Source: a virus. From it: 37,218 bases of DNA. The notes under the pieces were generated by a model. That model did not search any database. It had not been told where the DNA came from and saw only the letters and a program-made list of their open reading frames with translations. The DNA lies in IMG/VR virus record IMGVR_UViG_3300020047_012036, positions 1-37,218 of that record. One strand, 5' to 3'. The position numbers and the translations under genes are program-made. Shown here one piece after another: positions 33,800 to 37,218 of the stretch (positions within the stretch are counted from its first letter, which is position 1; each line of letters opens with the position of its first letter).

Positions 33800-34645
33800 T
33801 CACGCAATTCTGATAGCCGACATCGTTGTGGAGCTGCTATTAGTAGCGGATCCCGCACTAAATACCAAGGTCTCGTTGAGGTAATAAGTCGTAGTGGTTC
33901 CGACAATAATAACCCTGAAAATCTGTGGGTAATAGTCGGCGCCGCCAGGAAGCGCAAATCTTTTCTCATTTTGGTGCGCGGAACTGGATGACGATATAGA
34001 TACCAAGAGTGCTGTTGATGTTAGCCCAGAGTTCGCGATAATTGGATCGCCGTAAACAAGCCAAATCCCGGCAGTCAATGAAATGCTGCATACATTTTTT
34101 AAAGTGTTAGTTGAAAAGGACGCCCCGCTATTCTGGATGGTGCCATTTATAATTTCGCCGACGTAACCAGCCGCAACGGAGTTGCCCGAGGAGTCTCCTT
34201 TGTAAAGGTTTGACCATACCATATAGGTTCCGTCGCTTGTCAGTAGTTGACCAGCGGTTCCTGCAGCTACCGGCAAATAGAGGGAAATATCCCCAGCCGT
34301 TGTTGGATGCGCCATCAATTTGGTTGTTAAAGCCCCGGCGCTCGACACGCCGAGATATAAAGCCCTAAGACCGATATCAGCCGAACCAACATCATAGGTC
34401 TGATTTGTCTTTGGTATGAGGTTTGAAGCTAGGGACGCGGTGACAGTCAAATCGTCTGATGTTGCGTTCCCGAGGTTAACGTTTCCATTGGCGGTTAACG
34501 TTCCCGCCAAAGTGCCCGCATTGATTGAAATATCCTTGGTCCCATCCGACAGGCCATTGATGATGTCGGTGAAGTTTTGGTTTACCTGGGTTGCATCGGC
34601 GGTTGTCCCGTTGGAAAACGTATAGGTAACTGAAGTATAGGCCAT
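33800..34645 (-). CDS. Tail fibre protein, 281 aa.
   Basis: N-terminus YTFSNGTTADATQVNQNFTDIINGL is typical of phage tail fibres. Ser/Thr/Gly/Ala-rich beta-type remainder. GAGGT SD. Confidence 0.8.
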   Translation of the reverse strand: MAYTSVTYTFSNGTTADATQVNQNFTDIINGLSDGTKDISINAGTLAGTLTANGNVNLGNATSDDLTVTASLASNLIPKTNQTYDVGSADIGLRALYLGVSSAGALTTKLMAHPTTAGDISLYLPVAAGTAGQLLTSDGTYMVWSNLYKGDSSGNSVAAGYVGEIINGTIQNSGASFSTNTLKNVCSISLTAGIWLVYGDPIIANSGLTSTALLVSISSSSSAHQNEKRFALPGGADYYPQIFRVIIVGTTTTYYLNETLVFSAGSATNSSSTTMSAIRIA

Positions 34646-34648
34646 GAT

Positions 34649-36694
34649 TTACCTCGCTGGCATGAATAGGGGTTTTTCAAAATTAGGCTGTGATTGACCT
34701 GGGACGAATAGTCGCGATGGTTCGGTCTGCTGCTGCAGAATGAATTTTTCGGTGGCTTTGACGCCGAGTTTATCGAAGAATTTTCCAGCCTTCGCAAACA
34801 TGTCTTTTCCCATCATTGGATTTGATGCCATATCATATCCGATTGATTGCATAATGGCGCGGCCTTGATTCCAAAGGTTGTAAATCTTGGAATTGTCGAG
34901 AGCCGCGGCCGTCCCCGACGGGTTTTGGATCGACGGGATATTGTCCAAATATGTTCTTAGAGCCTGAAATTTCTTTTCTGGGGCGTCGCCTAATATCATG
35001 GCGCGGGATTCCTTTGGAATAGCCTTGAGAATCTTAACAAGCTTCGCCGGATCGACCTCGCCCTTAATGCTAGCCCGCTCTGCGATATCGGCTATTGCGC
35101 CTTCTCGCAGTTGTTTGAAAATGTCGGGATAAGACTTTTTAAAAAACTCGACACGCTCTGGATTTCCGATTTTCAGGATATCTTTAACCAGTGTTGCTTT
35201 ATTGGTGTCCCGCATGAATTCTTCGATGGTCTGCATGGCGCCGCCAGCCATCCGGTCGCCGACATCGCCGCCGATCAGGCGCTTTGCGTCGCGCATACCT
35301 TCGGCGTAAAGCTTGTCTGCCGCAAATATGTCGCGCTCGACTTGCTTAAAGAATTCTTCGCTTTCTCCTTTTGCGTATTTAAGAATTGTATTAGTGCGAA
35401 GGTTTGTTAGCTCCTTATAGATATCCCCAAGGGCCTGCTTTGTTCGCTTGTTGGTTTCCTCGGACATCGCCGCGCCAATCTCGGTGCGAAGCTGCTTCAA
35501 TTGATCAAGATTTTTTACCGCTGTTTCACCAGCGCCCTCACCGACGGCGATTTGCTTGAATTTGGCGATCAAGCCTTGGGCTTTTTCGTTAAACGGGTAT
35601 TTATCCGCGACGTTTTCAAAAATATATTCGACCTCAGTCTTTTTCGGTCGCGCCATGCGAAAAACGCCGTCGTATTTCTCATAAATGTCGATGGCTGGTT
35701 GGATTCTTCCAGCTAATTGAGAACTTACGTTTTCCGCGACTTCCTGACCTATCTCATAAGAAGTTTTAGAAGACGCATCGGCGACGATTGTCTCGGCGGT
35801 TTTTTTCGCCGCTTTTTTGTTGGCCTCAATCGTCTTTCGCAGACCCATCCCGCCCAATGTCCCCTTGCGACGATATATATTTTCCTCAAGGGTGCTTACG
35901 AGGGGGCTATCAGTTAACATACCCGCGGTGGGGGTTGCCCCAATTTCCTTACTTGCTGCCTCGATGGCTTCGGTGCCAGCCTTCTTTTGAATGCCTGCGG
36001 CAGCTCCAGCCAAGCCAAGGCCCTTAGAAATACCTTTGAATGCGGCGGAAACTAAGCGCCCTCCAGCTTCTCCGAGACCGCCTAAGATACCTGATTCGAC
36101 AATGGGTTGAGCGGCCATTTCATCCCTGACACCAGCGATTTTCGCAATGGTTTGCTTTCCAGCTTCATAAGCAGCACTAGCGCCAGCCGCTGCAGCAGGC
36201 CCAGCGACGATCGCGCCTGGTCCGGTTACTACCGTGGAAGTTCCTGCCATAGAGCTAAAAACAGCTTCGCCGATGTCAGAAATAACATCGGTCACATCCC
36301 ATTTATCAAAACCGCTCGGGTCGATTTTCTTGAAATTGATGTCACCTGGTTGTTTTGCTTCGACTTCGCCGTCAATGATCCGCGTCTGGTAGCCCTTGCG
36401 CTTCAGATATTCAGCCTGAACCTCGGGTTCCTTGTCGATCAGGTTCTTAATTACTAACCGCTCATTGACTTTAACCCCTTGGACGTCAGCTGAAGGGGTA
36501 GCGTTTGCAATTTTGTCGAAAAGCATATTCTTAACGCGAACGGCCCGCATGTCTTGCTGGTTGTCGGCAGCCCATTTATAAGCCTGAATATCCTTGTCAT
36601 CGACTCCAAGCTTGGTTTTTACCGCTTGGTATCGCTGATCGGCAGGATCGGCTCTGGTGGCCCATTCGAGCGCTAATTCGTCCTTGCTAGCCAT
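34649..36694 (-). CDS. Large internal virion or DNA-ejection protein candidate, 681 aa.
   Basis: ATG at 36694 overlaps the upstream stop (TGATG). Gly/Ala-rich hydrophobic segments (GPGAIVAGPAAAAGASAAY, GILGGLGEAGG...GLAGAAAGI) within a long helical protein. Positioned between other ejection-type genes and the tail fibre. Confidence 0.5.
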   Translation of the reverse strand: MASKDELALEWATRADPADQRYQAVKTKLGVDDKDIQAYKWAADNQQDMRAVRVKNMLFDKIANATPSADVQGVKVNERLVIKNLIDKEPEVQAEYLKRKGYQTRIIDGEVEAKQPGDINFKKIDPSGFDKWDVTDVISDIGEAVFSSMAGTSTVVTGPGAIVAGPAAAAGASAAYEAGKQTIAKIAGVRDEMAAQPIVESGILGGLGEAGGRLVSAAFKGISKGLGLAGAAAGIQKKAGTEAIEAASKEIGATPTAGMLTDSPLVSTLEENIYRRKGTLGGMGLRKTIEANKKAAKKTAETIVADASSKTSYEIGQEVAENVSSQLAGRIQPAIDIYEKYDGVFRMARPKKTEVEYIFENVADKYPFNEKAQGLIAKFKQIAVGEGAGETAVKNLDQLKQLRTEIGAAMSEETNKRTKQALGDIYKELTNLRTNTILKYAKGESEEFFKQVERDIFAADKLYAEGMRDAKRLIGGDVGDRMAGGAMQTIEEFMRDTNKATLVKDILKIGNPERVEFFKKSYPDIFKQLREGAIADIAERASIKGEVDPAKLVKILKAIPKESRAMILGDAPEKKFQALRTYLDNIPSIQNPSGTAAALDNSKIYNLWNQGRAIMQSIGYDMASNPMMGKDMFAKAGKFFDKLGVKATEKFILQQQTEPSRLFVPGQSQPNFEKPLFMPAR

Positions 36695-37218
36695 CACATC
36701 CCCTTTAGATAAAGATCGATATCTTTGTCTGAAAATTGAGCGGGTGCGGCTTGCGCCTTATCCTCAAACGGCAGGCTAGGCGACCTTGGTTGACCCTTCA
36801 AAACCATCCCGTTTTTTCCTTTTTGGAAAAGCTGGTAAGCCTCTTGGTAAGTTGGATCAATAACCATCGAAGTGTCTTTGATGCCAAATTTTTTCGCGTC
36901 CTGCTCATATCGCTGATCGACTCGCTTTTGCAATTCAAGTTGGGCGGTCAAAAGAGATTTTGCCTCACGCATAAAATCTTGGCGTTGTTTTTGATCTAAC
37001 ATTTCCCCGGTCGTAACCATTTGGTTATATTTGTTCCAGACCCGTTGGGGGACGGTTCCGGTATTTTGTGCGTTGGCAAATTCACCCTCTCGCACGGTCG
37101 AGCCGGGATCGAGCATTTTCATATATTGGAAAATCATCGACATATCGCTCGCTCCGGAAGGCTGTTCCGAAGTTGCTGCGGCTTCGATTCCGGAATACGC
37201 CATCATTCTTTCGCGGGT
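36694..37218 (-). CDS. C-terminal part of the junction-spanning gene (see 1..619).
   Basis: ORF 36694..37206 is open to the window edge. Bases 37098-37218 duplicate 1-121. Contains FQYMKMLDPGSTVREGEF. Confidence 0.8.
   Translation of the reverse strand, partial: TRERMMAYSGIEAAATSEQPSGASDMSMIFQYMKMLDPGSTVREGEFANAQNTGTVPQRVWNKYNQMVTTGEMLDQKQRQDFMREAKSLLTAQLELQKRVDQRYEQDAKKFGIKDTSMVIDPTYQEAYQLFQKGKNGMVLKGQPRSPSLPFEDKAQAAPAQFSDKDIDLYLKGM
37098..37218. repeat. Terminal direct repeat, identical to 1-121.
   Basis: Direct comparison. Confidence 0.95.

Overview
The window is one complete phage genome, podovirus-like in gene order, assembled as a circle. Bases 1-121 are identical to 37098-37218, so the unit length is 37097 bp, and one minus-strand gene runs across the junction. 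Almost all genes are on the minus strand and tightly packed, with many ATGA or TGATG stop/start overlaps.

Modules, read along the minus strand:
- Packaging and head: NeuB-like synthase, terL, zinc ribbon protein, portal, scaffold, major capsid, decoration-like protein.
- Tail and ejection: a Maf/DUF115-like glycosyltransferase, small Ser/Thr-rich proteins, adaptor-like and nozzle-like proteins, four putative internal or ejection proteins, tail fibre.
- Sugar-nucleotide block: PseB/FlaA1-type dehydratase, Gfo/Idh/MocA oxidoreductase, SpsF/NeuA-type cytidylyltransferase, class III aminotransferase, GNAT.
- Lysis: membrane protein and GH24 endolysin.
- Recombination: Gp157-like protein, RecT.
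- Cargo: a trypsin-like lipoprotein protease, about 800 nt of non-coding DNA, an HNH gene, a 675 aa lipoprotein with two CxxCH motifs, a second HNH, a small lipoprotein, a VRR-NUC nuclease.
- About 20 small early genes.
- One short plus-strand island at 14521-15393.

Main hypothesis: the phage carries a dispersed nonulosonic-acid (pseudaminic/legionaminic-type) synthesis and transfer system, probably for glycosylating virion proteins.

Other notable items:
- a 195 nt hexanucleotide tract encoding a pure (Gly-X)n peptide with X = Ser, Tyr or Asp, inside a cassette flanked by 28 bp direct repeats;
- the hairpin-rich non-coding block beside the HNH gene;
- a recurring TTATTTGGAG translation-initiation motif.

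I saw no tRNA, CRISPR array, integrase, reverse transcriptase, polymerase or primase. All family assignments come from motif recognition by eye; no database search was run.
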